Below, piece by piece: positions 28,501 through 45,457 of a stretch of DNA of 64,000 nt. The notes beneath the pieces were generated by a model that had not been told where the DNA came from, did no database searches, and saw only the letters and a list, made by a program, of their open reading frames with translations. The stretch comes from the human T2T-CHM13v2.0 reference genome, Homo sapiens, in the NCBI RefSeq assembly GCF_009914755.1, contig NC_060941.1, one strand, 5' to 3'. Both the position numbers and the translations under genes were made by a program. The first letter of the stretch is position 1. Each line of letters begins with the position of its first letter.

Positions 28501-30905
28501 TGTGACCGTGCACCACACTTACTAACAGTCGTCTTCACAGGCGACCGTGCACCACACACACTAACAGTCGTCTTCACAGGCGACCGTGCACCACACTTAC
28601 TAACAGTCGTCTTCACAGGCGACCGCGCACCACACACACTAACAGTCGCCTCCACAGGCGACCGCGCACCACACACACTAACAGTCGCCTCCACAGGCGA
28701 CCGCGCACCACACACACTAACAGTCGCCTCCACAGGCGACCGCGCACCACACACACACACAGTCGCCTCCACAGGCGACCGCGCACCACACACACACACA
28801 GTCGCCTCCACAGGCGACCGCGCACCACACACACACACAGTCGCCTCCACAGGCGACCGCGCACCACACACACACACAGTCGCCTCCACAGGCGACCGCG
28901 CACCACACACACACACAGTCGCCTCCACAGGCGACCGCGCACCACACACACACACAGTCGCCTCCACAGGCGACCGCGCACCACACACACACACAGTCGC
29001 CTCCACAGGCGACCGCGCACCACACACACACACAGTCGCCTCCACAGGCGACCGCGCACCACACACACACACAGTCGCCTCCACAGGCGACCGCGCACCA
29101 CACACACACACAGTCGCCTCCACAGGCGACCGCGCACCACACACACACACAGTCGCCTCCACAGGCGACCGCGCACCACACACACTCACAGTCGCCTCCA
29201 CAGGCGACCGCGCACCACACACTCACAGTCGCCTCCACAGGCGACCGCGCACCACACACACTCACAGTCGCCTCCACAGGCGACCGCGCACCACACACAC
29301 TCACAGTCGCCTCCACAGGCGACCGCGCACCACACACACTCACAGTCGCCTCCACAGGCGACCGCGCACCACACACACTCACAGTCGCCTCCACAGGCGA
29401 CCGCGCACCACACACACTCACAGTCGCCTCCACAGGCGACCGCGCACCACACACACTCACAGTCGCCTCCACAGGCGACCGCGCACCACACACACTCACA
29501 GTCGCCTCCACAGGCGACCGCGCACCACACACACTCACAGTCGCCTCCACAGGCGACCGCGCACCACACACACTCACAGTCGCCTCCACAGGCGACCGCG
29601 CACCACACACACTCACAGTCGCCTCCACAGGCGACCGCGCACCACACACACTCACAGTCGCCTCCACAGGCGACCGCGCACCACACACACTCACAGTCGC
29701 CTCCACAGGCGACCGCGCACCACACACACTCACAGTCGCCTCCACAGGCGACCGCGCACCACACACACTCACAGTCGCCTCCACAGGCGACCGCGCACCA
29801 CACACACTCACAGTCGCCTCCACAGGCGACCGCGCACCACACACACTCACAGTCGCCTCCACAGGCGACCGCGCACCACACACACTCACAGTCGCCTCCA
29901 CAGGCGACCGCGCACCACACACACTCACAGTCGCCTCCACAGGCGACCGCGCACCACACACACTCACAGTCGCCTCCACAGGCGACCGCGCACCACACAC
30001 ACTCACAGTCGCCTCCACAGGCGACCGCGCACCACACACACTCACAGTCGCCTCCACAGGCGACCGCGCACCACACACACTCACAGTCGCCTCCACAGGC
30101 GACCGCGCACCACACACACTCACAGTCGCCTCCACAGGCGACCGCGCACCACACACACTCACAGTCGCCTCCACAGGCGACCGCGCACCACACACACTCA
30201 CAGTCGCCTCCACAGGCGACCGCGCACCACACACACTCACAGTCGCCTCCACAGGCGACCGCGCACCACACACACTCACAGTCGCCTCCACAGGCGACCG
30301 CGCACCACACACACTCACAGTCGCCTCCACAGGCGACCGCGCACCACACACACACACAGTCGCCTCCACAGGCGACCGCGCACCACACACACACACAGTC
30401 GCCTCCACAGGCGACCGCGCACCACACACACACACAGTCGCCTCCACAGGCGACCGCGCACCACACACACACACAGTCGCCTCCACAGGCGACCGCGCAC
30501 CACACACACACACAGTCGCCTCCACAGGCGACCGCGCACCACACACACACACAGTCGCCTCCACAGGCGACCGCGCACCACACACACACACAGTCGCCTC
30601 CACAGGCGACCGCGCACCACACACACACACAGTCGCCTCCACAGGCGACCGCGCACCACACACACACACAGTCGCCTCCACAGGCGACCGCGCACCACAC
30701 ACACACACAGTCGCCTCCACAGGCGACCGCGCACCACACACACACACAGTCGCCTCCACAGGCGACCGCGCACCACACACACACACAGTCGCCTCCACAG
30801 GCGACCGCGCACCACACACACACACAGTCGTCTTCACAGGCGACCGCGCACCACACACACACACAGTCGTCTTCACAGGCGACCGCGCACCACACTCACT
30901 AACGG
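28501..30905. repeat. 39-bp CpG-rich hairpin VNTR, ~61 copies
   Basis: Unit CACAGGCGACCGCGCACCACACACAC(A/T)CACAGTCGCCTC; 13-aa periodicity; GTCGCCT-CCAC-AGGCGAC inverted repeat. Confidence 0.97.
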
Positions 30906-30933
30906 ACGTGCCCGACATCTTCACAGGCACAGC

Positions 30934-31179
30934 ATGAGCCCTGATGTGCGCTTTCTGCTCCTGCTCCTGCTCCTGCCCCTTCGGAGGCCTGTGCCAGTGG
31001 CAGCTGGGCCCGGAGACACCAGGCCGGCACTGCTCTCCTTCGAGGCACCCGTGTTTGTGCCGACGCTGACTCCCGGTTGTCTGCAGCAGCCACGTGGCCG
31101 AAATGGAGCCTCTCCACGGGGGCTCCTTCCCCAGCCCCTGGATGGCACAGCAGCCTCTCCTGTCTGTCACCACGTGTGA
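30934..31179 (+). CDS. Candidate 81-aa small ORF with signal-peptide-like N-terminus (MSPDVRFLLLLLLLPLRRPVPVAAG..)
   Basis: ATG with -3 A (cacagcATGa), Leu-rich h-region, four AATAAA downstream (31554, 31715, 31734, 31783). No recognised homology; the Leu run is a (CTGCTC)n microsatellite. Confidence 0.2.
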   Translation: MSPDVRFLLLLLLLPLRRPVPVAAGPGDTRPALLSFEAPVFVPTLTPGCLQQPRGRNGASPRGLLPQPLDGTAASPVCHHV

Positions 31180-32524
31180 CCTGCTCCCTTACTCTTCAGC
31201 CGCTCATCCACGTCTGCAGGGGCATCTAACTCTGTCCCAGGGTATCCCAGACCCTGGCTCACGCCCCAGGCTCTCCATTCAGGCTCCATCGTCCACCTCA
31301 GACCATCTCAGGTTTGCTGGTCTTCTGGACTAGCGCAGCCAGAAAGAACCCAGGAAGGAAGCCTCACGTCTGACACAAGAACCTTCGGTGCTAACCCGAG
31401 GGCGGTATGTGCATCCTCAGCACCTGCCCATCCGGCACCATCCTCTGATCCAGGGACTGTGAGCAACAGGGCCCCGTGGCCAGGACATCTCTCACCCTCC
31501 AGTTAAAATCTCGCCAGTTGAGTCTGCCCATGAAAGTAGGCGCTGAACTGCCCAATAAATCCACAAGTAAGAGTTGCAAGAAGGAGCCAAAAAGGGCTGA
31601 GCTGAATGACTCATATATGAAATAATTTGATAATTAATATAAATAGGAAATTTAAAGTCTCCAGCTGAGTGACAGAAAACACCTTAAAAAGCTCAAGAGA
31701 GAGGAAAGGAAGAAAATAAACCTATAATTGCAAAATAAAAGCATTGAAAGAAGCCGTGCTCAAGGTAAGATGCTACAGATGCAATAAATTCATGTTTTAA
31801 CATTAGCAACGTGTGGGCAACGGTGTTCCCTGGGGAACTGGCTGCATGAAGCCTCTCTGGAGAGCTGGGCCAGGCCAGTGGGAGGGCAGCTGGCACGGCC
31901 GGGGCTGGTGCGGGGTCCTGAGGCCAGAGCCTGCCGGAGGGCCGTCCCCAAGGACCAACAGGCACGGGAGAGGCAGAATATAAACGCAGTCAGGGAGTAA
32001 AGGCTGTGCATTCTCCCCGGGTATTGCCTCCACCACCCCCGGGCCACACTCGGGCCTGCCCAGTTCCCCTAGCTCTTCTCTTTCCTGCCTTGCCTGCCTA
32101 AGGCCCCTCTCCCCCTGCACTCCACTCGTATCTGCTTCTCCGCCTCCTGCCCAGTCAGCCTGCTGTGCAGAGCTCCCGCAGCTGCCTCAGATCCACCCTT
32201 CCTGGGTGGCTGCTCCTCCCCGCCACCGCCCTAGGAGCACCCCAAGTAAAATCTGGTTTTTCTCCCCTCCAGGTCTGCCTCTGCCTTTGCTCCTGCTATC
32301 CCCAGGGCCCCAGGTGCCCCTCCCTCCACCTCATCCTTCTGGACCCAGCAAATGTCCTCCACCAGGAGGCCTTTCTGGACCTCCTCATCCTCCTGGAAGG
32401 AGCCTCTCCCACCCCGAAGTCCTTTAACTATTTACTTGTCCCTCTCCTTCGTACTGAGCTTATGCTGTATTTGTTTATGTGCTTATCTTCTACTGGGCTC
32501 ATCTCTGTAACCTTTTTATTCTTT

Positions 32525-32760
32525 TATTCATTCATTCCACAAATACTAATTGAGCACCTACTATGTGCCAGACCCCATGCTAGGACTGGGGACACAATGA
32601 TGAGCAAGACAGACACTGTCCCTGCCACCCTGGAACTCCCATCTTGGAGAGAAAAAACAAAAACAAAACACGAAGCAAATAAACATTAGTAAACACGTCA
32701 GGATAAGCGGCGATATAGGCTGGGATAGAAAGGTGTAGGTGATGTGAGAGGCGAGTGTCC
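32525..32760 (+). mobile_element. L2 3'-end fragment
   Basis: TTCATTCATTC..AAATACTAATTGAGCACCTACTATGTGCCAG..CTAGG.ACTGGGGACACA signature; strand is as read, consensus orientation not certain. Confidence 0.75.
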
Positions 32761-33749
32761 GTGCGGACAGAGGAGCTGGGGGAGGAGACTCTGAGGCCAG
32801 AGGTGTGAGCGGAGTGAGTCGGGCACGCTTTCCAGACACAAAATCGGTGTTTGCTAAACATGCGTGGAACAAATGAGTGGCTAACAAGCCAGAAATCCCA
32901 AGCGCGTGCCCCGTGTCGCTCCAGACACAACTTCCCCACCCTCATCACCCTGTGGGTCACTCCGACTGGCACCCAGACGCGTTTCCCAGCCCACACGCCT
33001 GCTACAGGGCCCACCTGTGTCACCCTCGCAGAGGCGCTTACCAGGACTCAAGGGGCTCTCCGCTCAGAACCCCTCATGGCCTCCCTGACACCACCAGCGG
33101 CCCTCGGGCTGGACAGCAAGCGGGTTTTGTCTCGCCTGCAGACTCCAGCCCCGGAGCACCACGCATGGAAGCGCAGCGAGGCCGCCCCTGGGCTCGGTGG
33201 GAAAGAGCCCTGATCGACTGGTGGTGTCTGCCAGGGGACGGCAGAAGACAGAGAGGCACATTTGCCACGTATTTTCCTTGTCACCCAGGGCTCCGCAAAT
33301 GACCACTCAGGCAAGAAATCTCCTTCAGGTCTAATTGCCTGGACGAGCATTCAGTATCTGGTGCCCTTTCCTTATGGGCCACGTGAACCACGTCACTGAT
33401 TTTTTTTTCCTGCTTTGACTGCTCATTAGCTCAGAGCTAAATGTGTGGTTCAAACACAGCAAAGTATATACAGCTCGATGGCCTGAATAGGGGGTCTAAC
33501 TCTCCCCCTGCTTTCAACCTTCTAGCTAATCTACATCTATGTCTTTCCTGATCTTATTTTTTTGATCTCTATTTAGTTACATGTCCATATACATACACAC
33601 ATATATGTATAGACATATATAAACAGACATACATACATATATAAATATAAAATATCTACATATAGGTCTGGTATGTAATACCTACTTTACTTTTTTTCTA
33701 TGAATGTATCTTTTAGATATATAGATATATTATGAATATATCTTACTTT

Positions 33750-34047
33750 AAAAAATAGAGACAGGGTCTCACTATGTTGCCCAGGCTTGGCTGAAACTCC
33801 TGGACTGAAGCGATCTGCCTGCCCTGCCCCCGACAAAGTGCTGGGATTACAGGCACGAGCCACCATGCCCAGCCATTAACATGTCTTTTTATATTTATTT
33901 TTTATATCTCTTCTCCCTTTTTTTTTTTCCAGAGACAGGGTCTCACTATGTTGCCTACGCTGGTCTTGAACTCCTGGGCTCAGGCAATCCTCTTGCCTCA
34001 GCTTCCCAAAGTGCTGGGATTACAGGCACGAGCCACCGCATCCAGCC
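33750..34047 (-). mobile_element. Two Alu left monomers/FLAMs (~33750-33873, ~33918-34047) beside a TA-rich tract
   Basis: GAGACAGGGTCTCACTATGTTG..AAAGTGCTGGGATTACAGG occurs twice. Confidence 0.85.
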
Positions 34048-35293
34048 TTTATATTTCTTATATAAATAAAATATAGAGAGAGATATACATATATTCTTGT
34101 AAGCACCCTCAATTCATTTATGGAACAAGATAGAGGAATAAATGGATAGATGAATAAATGACAGACAGGAAATACCAACGCAGAATGAGACAACTTTGCT
34201 CAAAGAATTCAGAATACAGTTAGCTGCATTCTGTCATGAACAGAGTATGGAGTTAGAGATCAGAAGCCAGGCTCTCAGTCCCAGCTCGGACCAGCTACAT
34301 GACTGTGAAGGGAAACAAGTTACACACACACACATCCCCGCAAGTCCTTACCCCGGCCAATCTGAGGCTTTATCAATTATTAAATGTCTATCATCTAATC
34401 TGCGCTGCTCACTTCCCCTGGTGGTAACAGAAATTACATGGGAGGTTCCTGACAGTGCCGTCAACACCAGCCTCACGCACGACACTGGCCTCATTATTAG
34501 CATTGGAGACAATACTCCAGGCAGCCCGCGTTCAATGATAAATAATAAGACACCAAGCCGCACGGCCTCCTACTAAATGCTGCAGGAATTCAAAGAGAAA
34601 GGAGCCCTCAGAACCCACATCTGCATTCAGTGTCCTGCCCCTCTGATGTCTGAGAGCAGCGTCTGACTGAAGGACTTGGATCTCTTGCTTCTCCTAGTAA
34701 GAAGCAAGTCCCAGCCAGGATCAGTCGCAAAAACCCTCAGGACTGGAAACGGCTGCCCTGGTATGGAGCAAAGGGCTGGGGCTCTGACAGCCCCCAGCAG
34801 TCCCCTGACCGCACTGTCCCCTGCAGAAAGGCCAGCACAGCACGCATCACCCGTGGGCCAGGTGAAAGAGGACAGGCCAAGGCTGGAAACCGTGGGGCGC
34901 TGGGGCAGGTGACCCCTCCGTGTGCCTCCCACATGACCTCACAGACCTGAACCCTGCGTGTGCCTCCCACATGACCTCACAGACATCTCCTGTCCCCCAT
35001 CACAGGCCCATGTACAGTCACCAGGGTTTCCAGGCACCTGAATCCGCACCACTGGGTTTTAAATCACAGGAGAAAGTGAGTCAATGACAATAACGAGAAT
35101 CCTTTTCAGCAAGTTTGTCAGGCGGGCATGGACCGTCCTTTCTTTTCTGGGGGAAGTGACGGAATTCACAAAGCTAGTAAGATTAACACTAAATTCTGGA
35201 ATGTTCCCTGCCCAGTCAAGTGCTGAAATTGAAGGCAAAAAAAAGGAGGGGTGATACACAGTCGAAGGGCTGAGTTTGCCAATCAGTTCAAGT

Positions 35294-36740
35294 TGAGAGG
35301 TGACAGCGTGCTGGCAGTCCTCAGAGCCCTCGCTTGCTCTGGGCACCTCCCCTGCCTGGGCTCCCACTTTGGTGGCATTTGAGGAGCCCTTCAGTCCCCC
35401 ACTGCACTGTGGGAGCCCCTTTCTGGGCTGGCCAAGGCCGGAGCCCACTCCTTCAGCTTGCAGGGAGGTGTGGAGGGAGAGGCGCCAGCGGGAACCGGGG
35501 CTGCGTGCGGTGCTTGCGGGCCAGCTGGAGTTCCGGGTGGGCGTGGGCTTGGCGGGCCCCACACTCAGAGCAGCGAGTCAGCCCTGCTGGCCCCGGACAA
35601 TGGGGAACTTAGCACCCGGGCCAGCGGCTGCGGAGGGTGTACTGAGTCCCCCAGCAGTGCCAGCCCACCCGCGCTGCGCTCGATTTCTCGCCGGGCCTTG
35701 GCTGCCTTCCCGCGGGGCAGGGCTCGGGACCTGCAGCCCGCCATGCCTGAGCCTCCCACCCACTCCATGGGCTCCTGTGCGGCCCGAGCCTCCCCGACGA
35801 GCGCCACCCCCTGCTCCACGGCGCCCAGTCCCATCGACTACCCAAGGGCTGAGCAATGCGAGCGCACGGCGCGGGACTGGCAGGCAGCTCCACCTGCAGC
35901 CCCGGTGCGGGATCCACTAGGTGAAGCCAGCTGGGCTCCTGAGTCTGGTGAGGACGTGGAGAGTCTTTATGTCTAGCTCAAGGTTTGTAAACACACCAAT
36001 CAGCACCCTGTGTTTAGCTCAAGGTTTGTGAATGCACCAATTGACACTCTGTATCTAGCTGCTCTGGTGGGGATGTGGAGAACCTTTATGTCTAGCTCAG
36101 GGATTGTAAATACACCAATCAGCACTCTGTATCTAGCTCAAGGTTTGTAAACACACCAATCAGCACCCTGTGTTTAGCTCAAGGTTTGTGAATGCACCAA
36201 TCGACACTCTGTATCTAGCTCCTCTGGTGGGGCCTTGGAGAACCTGTGTGTGGAAACTCTGTATCTAACTAATCTGATGGGGAGTGGAGAACCTTTGTAT
36301 CTAGCTCAGGGATTGTAAACGCACCAATCAGCGCCCTGACAAAACAGGCCGCTCGGCTCTACCAATCAGCAGGATGTAGGTGGGGCCAGATAAGAGAATA
36401 AAAGCAGGCTGTCCGAGCCAGCACTGGCAACCAGCTCCGGTCCCCTTCCACACTGTGGAGGCTTTGTTCTTTCACTCTTTGCAATAAGTCTTGCTACTGC
36501 TCACTCTTTGGGTCCACGCTGCTTTTATGAGCTGTAACACTCACCACGAAGATCTGCGGCTTCACTCCTGAGCCCAGCGAGACCACGAACCCACTAGAAG
36601 GAAGAAACTCCAAACACATCTGAACATCAGAAGGGACAGACTCCAGACGCGCCACCTGAAGAGCTGTAACACTCACCGCGAGGGTCTGCGGCTTCATTCT
36701 TGAAGTCAGTGAGACCAAGAACCCACCAATTCTGGACACA
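35294..36740 (+). mobile_element. Full-length solo LTR12C (ERV9)
   Basis: Starts TGAGAGGTGACAGCGTGCTGGCAGTCC, ends CCAATTCTGGACACA; exact 4-bp TSD AAGT (35290-93, 36741-44); tandem CCAAT/TATCTAGCT repeats; GATAAGAGAATAAAAG core promoter. Confidence 0.95.
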
Positions 36741-37046
36741 AAGTGACCAAATAGGGTCTCATGTGGTTTATTCCTAGAGGCCGACGGATCCCAGGCAGCA
36801 GGTTATCCGAAGAAAATGGGAGGGGACTTTGAATACAGGTAACCTCGCCACACATCAACGATGTCCCTTCCCCTCCATAGCTGACCTCGCCAGCCATCAA
36901 CGACCTTCCTTCCCTCCCTGGCCTTCCTGTAGCTGTCCAGCCACCTTCAGGGGTGGGCTCCGGAGGCCCTGAGTTTACACTGCGGCCAGTCCCCTGGGGC
37001 ACAGCTGGCTCTTCCAGGGGAGCACCTAAGCCAAACTGGCACATCA

Positions 37047-37760
<714 letters not shown>

Positions 37761-38819
37761 TCATAGATAGATGGATGGATGGATGGACGGACGGACAGAT
37801 AGATATACACAGAGATATATACATAGAGTTTCACTCACAGAGTTTCATAGATAGATGACAGATAGATAGACAGACAAAAAGCAAAAAGAATCTGGGAAAT
37901 GGGGTAAGAGACGGAGTCTCAACTCAACTGCCTTTTGCAGTAAGATGCACACTGAGGCTGAGGCCATTTTCCCCTCGTGGAAATGTCCAGTTGACAGAAA
38001 CGGAAAGGTGGCCTGCAGTGAGACCGAGAAGAGGGGAGCCAACATGGAGCTGAAGCAGGACAGAGAGAGGGGCCCCTCCCTCTAGCATTTGTGCTCCATT
38101 CAGCCCCTCCAGGGGCCTGAGCGTTGAAATCTTCCTCAGCTTCTATGAGATACTCCAGGGCCTTGGCAGTAAAGTTCCCTTTTTGTCCAGCCTCTGCTGT
38201 TTGCAACCAGCCCCAGTGAGCCGCAAGTCCTAGCTGGCCTGATTAATATCATGTCCACTTTCCCACCACCCTTCCATCCAGCAAAACCACCTCACGCCAC
38301 GCTGAGCTTACTGAGAATACCTGGGAGTATTCAAATCAGTGGCCGGGGGAGAACAAAGGTTTCGGTGGCAGAGGGACCCAGGTCCGGGTCCATCTAGCAC
38401 AGTGACCTTGAATAAACCTCCCGAAGCGTAATCTCCTCCATCTGGGCTGCTGCCGATACCTCCTCAAATCCACTCCCGGCCCTCCCCGGTCTCTTCTCCT
38501 CACTATCCCCACAGTGAGCTCCCCAAAATGTCAGCCCTTGCCAGGTAACGCGCATTTAAAAAAGAAATAAATAAAAATAAAAAACAAAGCATCAGCCCTG
38601 TCACGGAACTGCCAGCCTGAAACTGCCCCAGTGGCTTCCTACTGTTCTGATGATACAAGCGAAATCCTCCCCCCAGGGGCCTGAGGTTTCCTTTCCACGC
38701 CGCGCGCTTTCCCCTGGGGGCCAGGAACCCTGATTCTTCTGCCTGGGAAATGCTCCCCCCAACTCTTTCCCCACAACCCCTTTTGCCTAATTAACTCTTT
38801 AAAATTCATTTTGTCAACA

Positions 38820-43200
<4,381 letters not shown>

Positions 43201-43519
43201 GTGTTCCCTGCCTCATTAACACTCACCTTCAATTCTGAATTCAACCGTATCTTCCTCCCTGGCCCAGGCCAGGCCCTTTGATACCGGCACCTCGTTCCTC
43301 CATAATTCCCCTTTGTAGTGATTATCACAGTTGTAATTAAACAATTAATGATGGACAGAGCTCTTTCCTGTATTTTCTCATCACTAGAATGTAAGTTCCA
43401 TAAGGCAAGAAGAACCAGGCCTGCCTTGTTCACCATTCTGTTGCCCGAAGCTGCTCAACGCCTGGCACACTGTGAACTCTCAATAAATATTTACTGAGCG
43501 AACGACTGACACTCATCCT

Positions 43520-44458
43520 AGAGTAGGCTACATGACTGGTCTCAGCTTCTCACTCCCTGCAGTGGTGTAAACAGCCACACCATGCCAGGGCCTACAAGTA
43601 GGCAGTGTACATCCCTGCCCTGTGTTGAGGTTGGCTGTGAGCCTTGTGTTAGCTAATGGGATGTTAGTGAATATGATGTGAAAAAAGGCTGGAAATGTGC
43701 ATGTACGATTGAGCTGGTCCTCACTGTGCTCCTCCTGTCACCATGAGACAGAACAGGCCTTGGGTGGTCTCTGTGCTCCTCCTGTCACCATGAGACAGAA
43801 CAGGCCTTGGGTGGTCTCTTGTGCTCCTCCCGTCACCATGAGACAGAACAGGCCTTGGGTGGTCTCTTGTGCTCCTCCCGTCACCATGAGACAGAACAGG
43901 CCTTGGGTGGTCTCTTGTGCTCCTCCCGTCACCATGAGACAGAACAGGCCTTGGGTGGTCTCTTGTGCTCCTCCCGTCACCATGAGACAGAACAGGCCTT
44001 GGGTGGTCTCTTGTGCTCCTCCCGTCACCATGAGACAGAACAGGCCTTGGGTGGTCTCTTGTGCTCCTCCTATCACCATGAGACAGAACAGGCCTTGGGT
44101 GGTCTCTTGTGCTCCTCCTATCACCATGAGACAGAACAGGCCTTGGGTGGTCTCTGTGCTCCTCCTGTCACCATGAGACAGAACAGGCCTTGGGTGGTCT
44201 CTTGTGCTCCTCCCATCACCATGAGACAGAACAGGCCTTGGGTGGTCTCTGGTCCAAATGGGATCAGAGACACATGGAACAGACCTAAACCCACTTGCAG
44301 CTTGAAGTCAGCCAAGTCCTCCTGCGGGCAGCCTAGGTCAGCCAAACCTCACCCAACTCCGAGCTACGTGAGAGGGAAATAAATGCTCACTGTCATATGC
44401 CAGTGGGTTTGGGGCAGCTTGTTGCATCCCAATATGGTGGCAATCGATGGCTAAGACA
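43520..44458 (+). mobile_element. MLT1 (H/J-like) MaLR LTR
   Basis: GCTAATGGGATGTTAGTGAATATGATG, GAGACACATGGAACAGACCT, AATAAATGCT..TGTCATATGCCA..GCTAAGACA. Confidence 0.7.
43725..44250. repeat. 48-bp minisatellite, ~11 copies, inside MLT1
   Basis: CCATGAGACAGAACAGGCCTTGGGTGGTCTCTTGTGCTCCTCCCGTCA. Confidence 0.95.
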
Positions 44459-45457
44459 TATGCCCCTGTGAGTCTGAAGGCTGGGAGTGAGTGCTGGCGA
44501 AGGTCTTCATGTGGCCCACAATTGGGTCCAGATGAGTTCCATAGGCAGATCCACCAGCCTCCTCTGTACTTACAGAATAAAGTTCCCAGAATCCTACAGT
44601 CCCGCAACTCATCTCTGGTGCCAGCAGCTCCTGGAGTAGCCCAGAGTGTACTAAGCGCGGAGTACCATGCCAGGCACACAGTAGGCGCTTTGCTGAGTTA
44701 GGCTTTGTCCTTCTCCACCTTCCCCCTCACCAATTCCACCACTGGGCCTGAGTTCATCTGCACAGATGAAAATCTGCAGTTCTTCCTCCGCTGTGGGGCT
44801 GGACTGGCGGGGGCAGGGGGAGGCACCCTCACCTGTCCCAGGAGCTAACCCTGCTTACTGCCTCAATGACACCCAGACTCAAGTGACGAGGCGAGCCTGG
44901 GCCCTGGACACCAGGTCTGTGCAAAGTGAGGTCACCCCGCAGGTGAGTCCTGGCTGCCCCCTTGGCCTGTCCTTTCTACTCTGACTTGGAGCATGACCCT
45001 GATGGAAATTTTCAGTTCTGTAAAGGAAATTTTGATTCGATATAGGGCCTTTTTACTCCCAAGTTTCCCCCTTTGCTAAATTAGTTCCCAATCCCTCTGC
45101 CAAGGGTGACTCTGTTCACCCTCTGATGCTGAAACCTGAAGAGGGGTTTGTGAGGAGTCTGAGGCCAGCCCAGCCCTCACGGTGCTTCTGCGCAGGATCA
45201 GAAGAGGTGCCCCTCATGGAGGCACTTGTCTTCCACCTGGTTAAAAAGCACCATAATAAACCAATAATGTTAATTCCATTCATTAGAAAGTTACCAACAA
45301 ACCACACAAAAAGCTCCTTCTAGGCAGGGTCCTCATGGGACGCTCAACCTGCAAAAATGAGTCTGGCAGACCCACCACATCCAGAACTACCTGCAGCTCT
45401 CGCCGAGCAAGACGCTCAAAGCAGTTACCTCCTCAGCAGTATCCCCACGATAGACCG

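Noticed and set aside
28501-30905. CRISPR-like array of palindromic repeats
   Set aside because: Linkers are near-identical (CA)n rather than unique spacers, there are no cas genes, and the DNA is primate.
28717-31173. 818-aa and 569-aa Cys/Val-rich minus-strand ORFs
   Set aside because: Translations of a stop-free 39-bp repeat open in several frames; no domain or gene structure.
35300-35976. 170-206-aa ORFs
   Set aside because: GC-rich U3 region of LTR12C; not gag/pol/env.
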